Positions 9,913-20,648 of a stretch of DNA of 64,000 nucleotides are shown in pieces. The position numbers were made by a program, and so were the translations under genes. The first letter of the stretch is position 1, and each line of letters begins with the position of its first letter. This stretch comes from a virus (Duplodnaviria; Caudoviricetes), in IMG/VR virus record IMGVR_UViG_3300033074_000206, positions 47,436 through 111,435 of that record. The stretch is one strand, 5' to 3'. The notes beneath the pieces are model-generated. The model was not told where the DNA came from. It did no database searches and worked only from the letters and a program-made list of their open reading frames with translations.

Positions 9913-10878
9913 TTATAGTTCTGCTGAAGCTGTTACAATGTAATTTAGTCCATTTAACAAATTAGTACTTGTTATTTGAGGAGTCAAAGAGTATTGAGTA
10001 GCAATATTAACAATCAAACTATTGCAATTAGAGTATGATATACTACTAAAATTAATAGTTGGTACTACTCTCTTTTGTGTAGACCACTGTATTGGGTTTA
10101 ATGCTTGTACACCGACGTAATAACCCCCATTCTGATTCACATACTGAACCTCATAATATCTTTGACACAGACTTAACTCTAATCCAATAGGTCTATTCTC
10201 AAATGGCGTTGCTACCGAACCTTCTTCTAGTTGAACTTTACTTAATTCGTAGTAATTTCCTGCAGCAATATCCTGATTAAATAATAAGTGAAAATACCCA
10301 TTACCACTAGATGTACTTGTTGTAAAACTAGAGTATCTCCAAGTTTCATCAGCTATCAACCCAGATGATTCACCTATAGCAGTTCCTATATCTTCTGAGA
10401 GTACTGTAGTAAAATCTGAGTTCAATGTTTGCCGATCTGTTCTTTGCTGCAGACGGCATGAAATATTACCTTTTGCTCTGTACCAAAAAGATACGGTCAT
10501 TTTTTTACCACGTAAAGATTTACTAAAATCATTTTCAAGTATTTGAACAATTTTATTATTACACGCGGTAACTTGAGATGTTCTCAGAGCTACATCATTC
10601 GCACCATTAACAGTTGCATAAACTTTTTGAACACTTTGTGTTCCTCCAAATCCGAATTGAGTACTACACCACCTATCTAAATGATAAACCCCGGCAGCAA
10701 TGTTTACAAGTGTATATGTGTCACCTCTTTGCGTTATATCAAAATTACCATTTATAATATAGTTCTTAAATCCGCTATACGGTGTTAATTGTTTATCTTG
10801 ACATTCGACTTGACTTGCGTTTTGTATAGGAGTGTTTGATAAGTCAATACCAGTTTCTCCACTAATGATTATTCCCAT
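9913..10878 (-). CDS. Tail fibre / receptor-binding protein paralog C
   Basis: GFKNYIINGNFD..QRG, QLEEGSVATPFE.RP.GLELSLCQRYYE and C-terminal TASAEL boxes. Confidence 0.7.
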   Translation of the reverse strand: MGIIISGETGIDLSNTPIQNASQVECQDKQLTPYSGFKNYIINGNFDITQRGDTYTLVNIAAGVYHLDRWCSTQFGFGGTQSVQKVYATVNGANDVALRTSQVTACNNKIVQILENDFSKSLRGKKMTVSFWYRAKGNISCRLQQRTDRQTLNSDFTTVLSEDIGTAIGESSGLIADETWRYSSFTTSTSSGNGYFHLLFNQDIAAGNYYELSKVQLEEGSVATPFENRPIGLELSLCQRYYEVQYVNQNGGYYVGVQALNPIQWSTQKRVVPTINFSSISYSNCNSLIVNIATQYSLTPQITSTNLLNGLNYIVTASAEL

Positions 10879-10889
10879 ATTTTTTTCTC

Positions 10890-11147
10890 CTATTCTCCTA
10901 AACTCACAGAGCAGTGATTACTCTCGAGTTTCTTTAAGAAGCAACACAACTTTCTATCAAACCACGTTGCTTCGCCATTTTTAATCTTTCTTCCTATATG
11001 GCTTGAAACAGTTTCATCTTGCGAGCCATTCCAAAACACTACATTCATCATCTGATCAAGAACAAGTAGAAATCTCATTGCTCTGGATCGTTTTTGTACA
11101 TCGTTCTCAAACTTGCGCACAAGCACTTCATATTCTTGAGGAGTCAT
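10890..11147 (-). CDS. Conserved phage hypothetical protein
   Basis: LDQ..N...G..DETVSS..G...HC motif, within fibre cluster. Confidence 0.55.
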   Translation of the reverse strand: MTPQEYEVLVRKFENDVQKRSRAMRFLLVLDQMMNVVFWNGSQDETVSSHIGRKIKNGEATWFDRKLCCFLKKLESNHCSVSLGE

Positions 11148-11584
11148 TATAACTCCTCGATGCTTTCAACCATTACAATTCTTCCCACTTCCTGAATCGC
11201 AAGAGCCAGAGCTTCCTTTAAATCTGCAACTGAAACTGTTGCCACTGAATTATCTGCTAGTTTCCAAGCATTCTCAGTGATATCTAGTAACTCAGAAGCT
11301 TGAATAGCACTAATCATATTCAATCTTGCAGTTTCATTACCATCAAATGATTTACCATCTACTTCAACAACTATTTTAGTTAGAGCATCAGTCTTAGCTC
11401 TTTTTAATTCTGCTAATCTTTGAGACTCTAGCTCTTCTTCCGTAAACTCTGCTTCTGGTTCGTTACCTTCTGCTAACCATTGTTTGATTGCTTCGTACTC
11501 TTTATTACCATCTGCTGCTGGCACCGACATTGTTCCGTTTAGCAAGTATCCTTGCCCTTGTATTTTTACTGTTAAAATTTCCAT
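11147..11584 (-). CDS. Tail fibre assembly-associated protein (DUF4376-like)
   Basis: GN.EY..I..WL.EGN.PE; V.VDG..FDG.E.AR; WKLADN. Confidence 0.65.
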   Translation of the reverse strand: MEILTVKIQGQGYLLNGTMSVPAADGNKEYEAIKQWLAEGNEPEAEFTEEELESQRLAELKRAKTDALTKIVVEVDGKSFDGNETARLNMISAIQASELLDITENAWKLADNSVATVSVADLKEALALAIQEVGRIVMVESIEEL

Positions 11585-11605
11585 GTTATTTCCTTTTTAT
11601 TTTAT

Positions 11606-12646
11606 TTATAATTCTGCTGAAGCAGTATAGTGAAATGAAGCTCCAAATCTACCTGCTGTATTAGTCCACTGAATCCTAAATCCAGTATTACCAATACCGT
11701 TTATTGAAACTGAAATAGGTGCTCCGTTGTCTTGACTTACTGTTCCTGCCACCATAGTGGTGTCATTCATTACTACAAGAGTAGGAGTGCTTCTTTTTTC
11801 TACCATAAATCTTACAGAACCATATTGTGTACTACCAGTTATTACATTCCTAAATTCTTCTATTCTTGCATTTCCACTTGTCTCATAATATCTTTGACAT
11901 AAACTTAACTCTAAACCATAAGGTCTATTTTCAAACGGTGTTGCAATTGAACCTTCTTCTAATTGTATTTTACCAATATCAAAATTATATACCCCATTTG
12001 GAATTCTAATAACTACTACAAGTTGTGAAGCATCTGTTATTTGTTTCCCACTTACAGAAGGTAATGCAAATGTTGTCGAGTATCTTAAAGATTTAGATAA
12101 ACCATCATTTCCAACAACTGATATAGTTTTCACTTCACTATTAACCTGTGGACTTCCTCCTGTACCAAAATATTGATGGATAAAAACAGTTATATCTTTT
12201 TGAGAACCGTTATAGATAGCTGCGTTGAAGGATAGTGTAACATTTTTTCCTGAGGGGTTTCTAACATTTTCTATTGGTTGACTAATTTCTATTTCCCCAT
12301 TATTATTAGAAGCTACCGTCATATAGGTAGTTGTTCCTAAAGATTCTGTATAAACTGAGTGACCTGCGGTTGGATTTTTTTGTACAGCACAACTACCTGT
12401 TGTAGTTTTTATTCTAAACCTATCTGGCATATATGAAAATGTTGTATTAGCTGTAAAGGAAGATCCTCTCTGCCATATATCAAATCCCCCATTTATTATA
12501 TAATTTTTAAATCCTTTAACATTATCTATTAAAGCTACAGTACCATCTTTAGCTTGTAATGTAGCTGTTGTGTTCGTTGCTGTAGTTGGAACAGTTAATG
12601 CAACTGTCCCTCCTCCATCTGAACCTATTTTATGTATTCCATTCAT
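11606..12646 (-). CDS. Tail fibre / receptor-binding protein paralog B
   Basis: Same conserved boxes as 9913..10878. Confidence 0.7.
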   Translation of the reverse strand: MNGIHKIGSDGGGTVALTVPTTATNTTATLQAKDGTVALIDNVKGFKNYIINGGFDIWQRGSSFTANTTFSYMPDRFRIKTTTGSCAVQKNPTAGHSVYTESLGTTTYMTVASNNNGEIEISQPIENVRNPSGKNVTLSFNAAIYNGSQKDITVFIHQYFGTGGSPQVNSEVKTISVVGNDGLSKSLRYSTTFALPSVSGKQITDASQLVVVIRIPNGVYNFDIGKIQLEEGSIATPFENRPYGLELSLCQRYYETSGNARIEEFRNVITGSTQYGSVRFMVEKRSTPTLVVMNDTTMVAGTVSQDNGAPISVSINGIGNTGFRIQWTNTAGRFGASFHYTASAEL

Positions 12647-12658
12647 TTATTTTCTCCT

Positions 12659-13840
12659 TTATAATTCTGCTGATGCGGTATATTCTAGATTGGATACACA
12701 GCAAGCATCAGTTAATCCATGAGCCACTTTTGTACCTATTAGAAAAAATGAGTCCTGAGATGATTCTGCACCAAAAGTAAACCCTGATTGTATCGCAGAA
12801 TTAACAGTAGCAATTACAGCATTACTTACATTGACTGTAGGCACAACTCTTTTACTAGTCTTAAAAGTAAACAATCCAAAATTCATACTATTAGCGGTAT
12901 AGTTGCACATTCTTACTGCTGGAATCCCTTTATGACTCTCATAATATCTCTGACACAAACTTAACTCTAATCCATAAGGTCTACTCTCAAAAGTAGTAGC
13001 AACACTCCCTTCTTCTAGTTGTACTTGCGCAATCCAATTCAGACTAGCAGGAATATTAGGGCGGATTACTAAATTTAACCCTTTACGACAATCAATGCTA
13101 GTTAAATCAAAGGTAAGACTGAAACGTTGAGTTGTTGCAGTTATATTCACTATTTTAGAATCAATATCAGTATTTGCGATAAAATTATCAATAGCAGTTG
13201 GAGTGGCTAATTCTACTGACCAATTCTGAACTGATGAACTTTTTGCTAAAAATGAAATAGTTACCTTTTTACCAGACAATTTATATGCATTTATAGACTC
13301 TATTCTATGTTCAATTGGGGCTTGTGCAGAGGCAGGGTCTCCATACCATTTTAACCCCCATCCAACAAACTTGCTGTAAGAATCGAAGTCAGCACTTGAC
13401 GCTCTAGTCCAGTTGGTATTAGCTCCACTAGCCCACACTTTCCACATATCTGCTGTATAAGAAGAATCAGTTGACACGCCATTCACAGCTCTTTGCCATA
13501 CGTCAAAGTTACCATTGATAATATAATTCTTAAATCCAGTAAACGGACTAACATTTTGCCCTTGTGTTTTTAGTACGTCAAAACTACCATTAGCACTATT
13601 AATATTAGTACTACTGTACGTACTCCCACTCGGAATAAATACTTCACCATTTACTGTCATTGTTCCATCAACCTGTACATTTGGTAGAACTGCAACTCTA
13701 CCAGCTGGTACTGTAACAGTTTCACCACTTGCAATTACTTTTGGAACTGTTATGATTCCAGATGAACTATCTGGATCGTTTATAAATTTTTTAATTCTCT
13801 TTGCTTGTTTAGCACTATGGCTATAACTTACTGCATCCAT
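12659..13840 (-). CDS. Tail fibre / receptor-binding protein paralog A
   Basis: Same conserved boxes, different N-terminus. Confidence 0.7.
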   Translation of the reverse strand: MDAVSYSHSAKQAKRIKKFINDPDSSSGIITVPKVIASGETVTVPAGRVAVLPNVQVDGTMTVNGEVFIPSGSTYSSTNINSANGSFDVLKTQGQNVSPFTGFKNYIINGNFDVWQRAVNGVSTDSSYTADMWKVWASGANTNWTRASSADFDSYSKFVGWGLKWYGDPASAQAPIEHRIESINAYKLSGKKVTISFLAKSSSVQNWSVELATPTAIDNFIANTDIDSKIVNITATTQRFSLTFDLTSIDCRKGLNLVIRPNIPASLNWIAQVQLEEGSVATTFESRPYGLELSLCQRYYESHKGIPAVRMCNYTANSMNFGLFTFKTSKRVVPTVNVSNAVIATVNSAIQSGFTFGAESSQDSFFLIGTKVAHGLTDACCVSNLEYTASAEL

Positions 13841-13849
13841 TTTATCTCC

Positions 13850-14221
13850 TTAAACTGCTGTAAAAGTTTCAGATATTAAATCGCCATCAGAATCGTACGT
13901 CAATACAGTTGCACCCTTTAGCGTTGAGGTTACGTAGTGTTGAATAGACGTTAAGTTTCCAGCAGTATAAGCTAAAACTTCGTAATTTATATCTGAATTT
14001 GTCGAGTATCTTATTTTTATAAGATTACCATCCGTGTCGTAAATCATATTAGCGATGTTTAATGTAGATAAATATTTATCTGCTCTCGTTAAACTCGAAT
14101 TAATGATATCTATCTCTTGCTTCAATTGATCTGGCGCCTTGTTAATATTCGTAGCATTACCAAGCATTCCATTTTTAACGAGGTAATTATTTACGAAATC
14201 AAGGTATGTTGTTATTGCCAT
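13850..14221 (-). CDS. Putative virion structural protein
   Basis: YD.DG.L repeats; AGGAG RBS. Confidence 0.55.
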   Translation of the reverse strand: MAITTYLDFVNNYLVKNGMLGNATNINKAPDQLKQEIDIINSSLTRADKYLSTLNIANMIYDTDGNLIKIRYSTNSDINYEVLAYTAGNLTSIQHYVTSTLKGATVLTYDSDGDLISETFTAV

Positions 14222-14243
14222 AATTTCTCCTTTTTTATTATAT

Positions 14244-14429
14244 TTATATTAGATTAAATATTTTATCAGGGGGTGAATTAGATTTCTCGGTGATTTTATA
14301 GAATATATTGGATATTATACTTATAAAGAATACTATTTTATTTTCGAAAGGGGCATATATAGATTTCGAGAACATATTTATAATAACATTTCTAGAACCG
14401 ATTACAAGATTACGTTCGCCGATTACCAT
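14244..14429 (-). CDS. Small hypothetical protein
   Basis: AGGAGG RBS and TATAAATA upstream. Confidence 0.4.
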   Translation of the reverse strand: MVIGERNLVIGSRNVIINMFSKSIYAPFENKIVFFISIISNIFYKITEKSNSPPDKIFNLI

Positions 14430-14489
14430 CTCACCCTCCTTTTTATTTTATTTATATAAAATAAAGTTAAAAAATATATAATAAAATAA

Positions 14490-14711
14490 AAAGGGGAACA
14501 AACAATACAAGGTACTGTTGTAGGAGTAGGTAAAGATAGATTCTGGTTTGCAGATATAAAAGATGCACTTATGCAAGATAGGGCGCATCCATCATCAATT
14601 TTACAAATGAGAATGAGTGAAAAAGTTGGTAAAGTTTTAGATGTACTATTGAATAGTAAAAACAAGCCAAGTGAGTTAAATAGTGCTACATATTTTAATA
14701 ATGCAGACTAG
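14490..14711 (+). pseudogene. Start-less 73-codon gene fragment, possibly an SGNH-hydrolase C-terminus
   Basis: Open frame KGEQTIQG...FADIKDALMQDRAHPSS.. directly preceded by in-frame TAA; D..HP motif. Confidence 0.35.
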
Positions 14712-14887
14712 AAGAAATAAAAGATATACTCTCGATATTTTGTATTAAACTAAGAAAGACTCGCGTAAACACTAAAGATAAGTACTAGACTTCATTCTAA
14801 TACATTCAAAGTGTAATTAAAATGCTTAAAAATAAATTTTTATTTTAACTTTAAGGTTTCTTTAAGGTTTGAATTCTAGACAATAAA

Positions 14888-14916
14888 AAAGCTCAAGAGA
14901 AATTTCTCTTGAGCTT
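14888..14916. terminator. Intrinsic terminator ending the baseplate operon
   Basis: AAAGCTCAAGAG..CTCTTGAGCTTT inverted repeat with A/T tails. Confidence 0.75.
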
Positions 14917-14938
14917 TAAAAACTTACGCATATACGTT

Positions 14939-15502
14939 CTAAAACAGTATCTTCCAGATAATTCTAAGACTAACTGTATTATCTTTTATCTTAGCCGGAA
15001 AACATTTCATACTGAAAATATTACTACCAGCATATAATGCTGCTTCTGTGAATATAGCAACTCCGGTATTATTTGCTGCAATTTCTGGAATTTGTATAGT
15101 ATACTCTACATTATTTCCAACATAAGACATGTTTATGGTTGTTCCTGAATTTGGTTCAGAAACAATAGTACAAGATCCACTAGTCGTCCCTGGATTTGTG
15201 AAAACGACTGGATAGGTATATTCTGACAACTCTTCTGAAAATAATTGAGTTCTTGAACTAATAAACCCTTCTACACTAGTCTTTGGCGTTAAGTAATCAG
15301 TATTAACGTGACCTTTTGTTCCAAGAACAAACTTATTGATTGGAGCTTTTGTACTAGTATAACAAGCTAATGCAGACATAGCTGTTCTAGCCTTATCCAT
15401 AATAAGATTGTGTTCTTCATACCTATCTATAATAGATTGATTCGCGTCAAGACATTCTACAATAATATGCCCTCGAATTAGCGTCTCATAAAAATCATTC
15501 AT
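14939..15502 (-). CDS. Baseplate / fibre-attachment structural protein
   Basis: E.HNLIM...FTEAALY...F..K.K....L.I.WKI.F pattern in baseplate cluster. Confidence 0.55.
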   Translation of the reverse strand: MNDFYETLIRGHIIVECLDANQSIIDRYEEHNLIMDKARTAMSALACYTSTKAPINKFVLGTKGHVNTDYLTPKTSVEGFISSRTQLFSEELSEYTYPVVFTNPGTTSGSCTIVSEPNSGTTINMSYVGNNVEYTIQIPEIAANNTGVAIFTEAALYAGSNIFSMKCFPAKIKDNTVSLRIIWKILF

Positions 15503-15524
15503 TTTTCATTCCTTTTTATTTTAT

Positions 15525-16730
15525 TTATAATAACTCTATAGTAAATTCTTCTTGAATATTTACAACTTCATATTGTTCTGAATCATTCGTCAATACATCT
15601 GATAATACGATAGACTCGTCATTTATAAGCATACCATTCTTAAAAGTTTTTTCCTCTATGAAATCAGTTTGTTCGCTTACTAAATCACTTCTATACGTAT
15701 CACTTGCATTAGATGAATCTCTAAATGTCAATTCTTCGGATAATTTACTCGTATATATTTTCTCGTAATCGACATATATCGAACAATGATTTGAGTCCGG
15801 ATAAATTTTTAACAAATTGCTATTAGAATCGAAATATTTAACAACATCATTTTCTTGTAAGAGGTAGTTACCTGTTATGAACGTTATTTTTAAAATCCCA
15901 GATCCTTCCAATATATCTACCACCTCATCTGAATACACCTCGACATTACCAGATAAACATCTTACTTCTAGAGTATTTATTTTGTACGTCTCTGTTAAAG
16001 AATAATTATCAACAAAAGATGTTTCATTTATATACGTATATTCACATATAAACCCTAGAGGGTGACTTAAATATGCAACAGATTCGCGATAAACATCTTT
16101 ATCCAGAGATCCACTAATATTTAATTCAAAAGGATTTCCAGTTTCAGATATAGTTATATCTAATCGTTCGCTAGAATCTACTAGATATTCATTTAAAATA
16201 TCGTATATAAATTTAATACCCTTTTTCAATCCTTTAGATTCTTTAAATATCCTATTTACTCTATAATTTTCGGCTTTATTCTGTAATAAATTGCCTTCTA
16301 ATAATGACAATTTATCAGCAAATGCAGAAGCATTAAAATCTTCAACATCTTCAGAAGTATCCGACAAAACCCCTCCAGGTTCACCTATCGTGAAGTAATT
16401 TATATAGAGTGAATTACCTATATACGGCATCCCTGTTGGATATAAACTCGGATTTAGTAAAGAATTCCATACTTTGAATTTATTTACTATATTCTTGTCG
16501 GTTTTAAGATTCGCGATAAGTGAGTAATAGTCCCATAAATATATCTGTGGCAATTCTTCTGATATACTATCTGTTGTGTTTTCGGACAGACAGACTTTTA
16601 TATCGGAACTTATTGGCGACAACTCATTTAATAATTCTATGAATATCTGCGAACTATCCTCGATTATAGGTAAATTTTTTATATTATCCGGAGTAATAGC
16701 ATTAAATATTGATGAAAGATTATTCTGCAC
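15525..16730 (-). CDS. Putative baseplate wedge protein
   Basis: Follows gp6; SKG...I...L and HPLGF motifs typical of gp7/tail-P2-I-like proteins. Confidence 0.5.
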   Translation of the reverse strand: MQNNLSSIFNAITPDNIKNLPIIEDSSQIFIELLNELSPISSDIKVCLSENTTDSISEELPQIYLWDYYSLIANLKTDKNIVNKFKVWNSLLNPSLYPTGMPYIGNSLYINYFTIGEPGGVLSDTSEDVEDFNASAFADKLSLLEGNLLQNKAENYRVNRIFKESKGLKKGIKFIYDILNEYLVDSSERLDITISETGNPFELNISGSLDKDVYRESVAYLSHPLGFICEYTYINETSFVDNYSLTETYKINTLEVRCLSGNVEVYSDEVVDILEGSGILKITFITGNYLLQENDVVKYFDSNSNLLKIYPDSNHCSIYVDYEKIYTSKLSEELTFRDSSNASDTYRSDLVSEQTDFIEEKTFKNGMLINDESIVLSDVLTNDSEQYEVVNIQEEFTIELL

Positions 16731-16762
16731 ACTATCTCCTTTTTATTTTATTTATATAAATG

Positions 16763-18631
16763 TTAAATGAAATTAACTCGTTTTAATCTAGGTATAGTAT
16801 TTTTTGTTATCTGAATATTATCCGTTTTATATTTAACATTTAAAGTTTTTTGATCTATATTAGATTCAGTTATTGTTGTTCCGTCAATATTCAACTCAAC
16901 TAAAATATGTTTAGAGTTAAAAATTCTATATTTACCAACCACGGTAGAATTCAATTTAATATTCAGCTCTACTAAATCAGAATTCTTTTCTAATCCTGTT
17001 AGTGTACTCCAATCAACCGTTAGATTTTTTGTACCTATGAAAAGAGGAGTATCTATACTTGGCATATTCGCAGGAACCAAATTCCCTAGAGTGTCGTAAT
17101 AATCTTCGTACGGTAAACCCAATGGTAAAATATATTTATAATTTCCAACAGATTCCTTTATTATATTTTTATTATATAGAGTAATCGTATTTTTTAATGT
17201 TAAATTCAATCCAGTTATATCTGTTATCTGTGTATCAATTTGTTTTATTAAATTACTCTTAAAGAATTCTGTCTCAAAATCCTCGATATGTTTAGCTTCA
17301 TTTAAAAAGAAATAATTATTAATTATATCGAATATCGATTTGTTCTGCGCGCTCTCTGTACTCGTTATATCGTATTTTAAAATTTCTATATCGAATTCGA
17401 AATCTAATATCACAGGGTGTCGATGTATTAAAGCTAGAGTCGGTATTTTATATACTTCTAAATAATCAAATATTTCTGTTATTTCTGAATCTTCTAAGAA
17501 CCAATTAGACTCTGTTCCTAATAAATCTAATTGAAACGCTGTTTTAAATGCATCTGTTAAATATTTTCTTGTATATGTTCCTGGTAAAAAAGAGAACCAT
17601 ATTTTACCCGGAATCTTTGGATATTCTGCATTCCCATCCCATATATGAGATTTTGCAATCAAAGTCAATCGCTCACATATACTCTTATAGTCGTTTTTAG
17701 TAACGGCTCTATTAGCAGAATTCCAAAATAGAGGAGCATTCTGTTTTATACTCGTATCAGTTTCTTCTGATGTTCCTGCTATTTTTAGAGTTATTCCTGT
17801 AACGGTACAACCTAATTCGGTAGTAAATGTGTCGCCAGCAACTCCATCGGCACCAGAACTTTGTAGAACATTCATCTCGATTTTAGTTCCTAATCTTAAA
17901 TCATTACCAGTATTCGGCAATTTAAAATATATTCTAGGTGTTCCTGAATCTATATTATTTAATCTATAGAATTGTTTATTTAGAATAGTATCAGAGTCTA
18001 CGGTAAATGTTTCTATTTCCGTCCATACTTCTTTACTGGATAAGTTACCTTCATCATCATAATAAGTTAAAAAAGATTCAATACCAGAATCTTCTACATT
18101 AGTATATGGTATATCAACATAATATTGGTTTTTTGTAATACCATTCTCCACAAATGTTCCAATTGTAACAGATAATGCGTTATCCGTAGAGGATTTTATA
18201 AGTGTCCCTTCTTTCACAAGAATATTTAATTTTCGACCAGCAGTTGCACCAATAATCGTTATGATATCACCAAAATAATAATACGTATTCGAACCAGATT
18301 TAAATTCAGAATATTTTGGTAATATGAAGTCTCCTGATGGTAAAGTTAATTCCAATTGATATTGATAAGATATTTTATTTCCAGGTTCATAACCAAGTAA
18401 TCTGGCATCTTGTAATATATTTTTTCTTTTTCTCGCTAGAGTTAATAGATTTTCGTTTATATTTACAGCAGTATTCGTATTAAGCATACTTATTAGATAC
18501 GACATAGCACCAACAAGTTGCATAGTATTACTCCCTTCTTGAGTATCGTATCCAGCGGCTGCAAATTTAGCTTGTACTTTAGCGTATAAATCGTCGTAAT
18601 TAAACGGGATAGTCTCTTTTATTGTAGCCAT
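16763..18631 (-). CDS. gp6: Baseplate wedge subunit gp6
   Basis: EGSN...L; E..L..A..R..I...AR.LGY.P; IK.NAP....S.NRAVT..DY. Confidence 0.9.
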   Translation of the reverse strand: MATIKETIPFNYDDLYAKVQAKFAAAGYDTQEGSNTMQLVGAMSYLISMLNTNTAVNINENLLTLARKRKNILQDARLLGYEPGNKISYQYQLELTLPSGDFILPKYSEFKSGSNTYYYFGDIITIIGATAGRKLNILVKEGTLIKSSTDNALSVTIGTFVENGITKNQYYVDIPYTNVEDSGIESFLTYYDDEGNLSSKEVWTEIETFTVDSDTILNKQFYRLNNIDSGTPRIYFKLPNTGNDLRLGTKIEMNVLQSSGADGVAGDTFTTELGCTVTGITLKIAGTSEETDTSIKQNAPLFWNSANRAVTKNDYKSICERLTLIAKSHIWDGNAEYPKIPGKIWFSFLPGTYTRKYLTDAFKTAFQLDLLGTESNWFLEDSEITEIFDYLEVYKIPTLALIHRHPVILDFEFDIEILKYDITSTESAQNKSIFDIINNYFFLNEAKHIEDFETEFFKSNLIKQIDTQITDITGLNLTLKNTITLYNKNIIKESVGNYKYILPLGLPYEDYYDTLGNLVPANMPSIDTPLFIGTKNLTVDWSTLTGLEKNSDLVELNIKLNSTVVGKYRIFNSKHILVELNIDGTTITESNIDQKTLNVKYKTDNIQITKNTIPRLKRVNFI

Positions 18632-18660
18632 ATTTGTTCCTTTTTTTAATTATTTATATA

Positions 18661-19011
18661 TTAATTAACGATTGAAATGTTGGCACTTGCTTCTGTACTT
18701 TGCCCAAAATCATCTCGGAATTTATAGTTTATAGTAATTACTAATTTATTATATTCTTCTACTGATTTCAAGTCTATAGACGATATCGTGATTCTATCTT
18801 CGAATTCAGAAATAGCTGAAAAAATCATACTCTTAGCAACACTTTCGGTGAGCGAATCTAATTGACTAAAAATAAGAGTGTGTAAATTTGAACCAAATAG
18901 TGGATTACCAGGAACACTACCTTTACGCGTTAGTAAAATATTTCTCAGACTATTATTTATTGCTTTTATATCAGTATTATATTGTTCTATGCTACTATAA
19001 TCTTTATACAT
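18661..19011 (-). CDS. gp25: Baseplate wedge subunit gp25
   Basis: AI.NSLRNILLTRKG..P..P.FGS.L...F...I..FE.RI. Confidence 0.9.
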   Translation of the reverse strand: MYKDYSSIEQYNTDIKAINNSLRNILLTRKGSVPGNPLFGSNLHTLIFSQLDSLTESVAKSMIFSAISEFEDRITISSIDLKSVEEYNKLVITINYKFRDDFGQSTEASANISIVN

Positions 19012-19065
19012 TTTTACCTTCTTTTTATATTTATTTATATAATGTATCTTATATCGATTTATAAA

Positions 19066-19238
19066 AGAATCTAAAAGTAAATTTTTATTTTAAGTTTAAA
19101 CATATTTTAAGGTAACTAATTATTCTAATATCTATCGTATAAAGTTAAAAATAAATTTTTATTTTAAGTTTAAACATAGTTTAAGGTATATCGATTTATA
19201 AAAGAATCTAAAAATAAATTTTTATTTTAAGTTTAAGG
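19066..19238. repeat. Three copies of AAATAAATTTTTATTTTAAGTTTAA motif
   Basis: Copies near 19075, 19148 and 19211 in an intergenic gap. Confidence 0.75.
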
Positions 19239-19250
19239 CGTATTTAATAA

Positions 19251-19559
19251 TTAATTACAAAAAACGTTACCGCTACCAGACAAGATTACCCCAGCGTCGC
19301 AAGAATCACCTATTCTAGATACGCCTTTACCACCAACGAATACCGTGGCGCTGCAACTTTTTACTTTTTCGGTGTGAGGAACACAAGAATTACCAATTTT
19401 AATATTATGGACAACAGTATTATCGCCTAAACAAGACACTGGTAACCCCCCAATATAAACTTTAGCAGATAATCCGGTATTTGCACCAGACAATGTAGTA
19501 ACAGTATCACAAGCATGCCCTGTACTAACTGAATCGCTTTCTCTTGAAATTGCCGGCAT
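19251..19559 (-). CDS. gp5.4: PAAR-like spike tip protein (gp5.4)
   Basis: MPAISR..D...GH; S.TVFVGGK.V.RIGD..D.G...GS.NVF. Confidence 0.85.
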   Translation of the reverse strand: MPAISRESDSVSTGHACDTVTTLSGANTGLSAKVYIGGLPVSCLGDNTVVHNIKIGNSCVPHTEKVKSCSATVFVGGKGVSRIGDSCDAGVILSGSGNVFCN

Positions 19560-19569
19560 ATTTTCTCCT

Positions 19570-20079
19570 TTAGTATCTATTTTGGAAATAATTTTTAGTC
19601 CAATTACCTATATAAGATAAATTGTTAAGTACCTCGAGAGTGTACTCTATAATAATTTGAGATGTTTCGACAATATCTTCTTCTGGTGTTAATCCAATTG
19701 TTCTTTTTTCTACGGTTAAATTAATCGTTATCGGAATATATATAGATACCCGTGTATCCTGTTGAATCTTATACAATTCTTTGTGATCTGGCATAGAGTC
19801 TATGCCGCAAACTACCGGAGTTTGAGTTTTATCAGATTCACCCTTATCAACATAAGTTAGTTGATACTGATTAAAAACAGAAAGAGGTACATTACCAGTC
19901 AGTGTTACAGATGAACCGTTAAAGTTGTGATTTATATAATCGTCATATATATTATAGAGAACAACACAATTTAAAATTGTTTCAGTTACTGAACCACTTT
20001 CTAGAGTAAAACTACTAACGAAAGAAAAATTTGTATTAACTGGTGTGGTTCCTAATTTACCAATTGGAGTGTAAGTCAT
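19570..20079 (-). CDS. Baseplate-associated hypothetical protein (gp5.1 position)
   Basis: Located between gp5 and the PAAR gene. Confidence 0.5.
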   Translation of the reverse strand: MTYTPIGKLGTTPVNTNFSFVSSFTLESGSVTETILNCVVLYNIYDDYINHNFNGSSVTLTGNVPLSVFNQYQLTYVDKGESDKTQTPVVCGIDSMPDHKELYKIQQDTRVSIYIPITINLTVEKRTIGLTPEEDIVETSQIIIEYTLEVLNNLSYIGNWTKNYFQNRY

Positions 20080-20099
20080 AATTATTCCTTTTTAAAAAT

Positions 20100-20630
20100 T
20101 TAATTAAGATCTATTCTAGCAGCTTCGACTTTAAAATTACCATCAGCTTTTATATTATAATTCCCGGTAACATTATGTGTCATATTGGCAACAGATTCAA
20201 TTAATATACTACCATCAGGTTGGAATGTTATTTTAGAACCACTCGAGTGTTTTATCTCTATTTTTTCAGAACCACCAGCATCGCCTAATTCTATTATGTG
20301 CCCGCTAGCAGTTTTAATTGTTTGCGTATTAGAGTAAGAACCCTTTGCTTCCGAACTAATATCCGAAGCTCCTTTAACGACAGCAAAAACAACAGGAAAA
20401 TTATAATCGTCGTTATTAAAGAATACCCAAACAACTGTACCTATTCTTAGAACAGATGTTACACCCACACCATTAGATAAACCGAAATCTGTTCCCCCTG
20501 ATACTTCAGCCCATGGTAGAGCACTGGCACTCACAGCAGAACCATCGTCATGAATGCCAAAAACTCGTACTTGAACTCTACCGTATTTTTCAGGATCTAT
20601 ATTATTTTCAACAACAGCTCTATAAAACAT
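20100..20630 (-). CDS. gp5: Baseplate central spike gp5 (OB-fold plus beta-helix, no lysozyme domain)
   Basis: VVE...DP...GRVQVRVFGIH; LPWA; T.SGH.IE..D..G.E.I...H.SGS; A.RIDLN. Confidence 0.88.
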   Translation of the reverse strand: MFYRAVVENNIDPEKYGRVQVRVFGIHDDGSAVSASALPWAEVSGGTDFGLSNGVGVTSVLRIGTVVWVFFNNDDYNFPVVFAVVKGASDISSEAKGSYSNTQTIKTASGHIIELGDAGGSEKIEIKHSSGSKITFQPDGSILIESVANMTHNVTGNYNIKADGNFKVEAARIDLN

Positions 20631-20648
20631 ATATTCTCCTTGAATTTC

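Noticed and set aside
9913-13840. Diversity-generating retroelement or invertible shufflon
   Set aside because: No reverse transcriptase, template repeat with adenine-specific mismatches, invertase or inverted cassettes in the window
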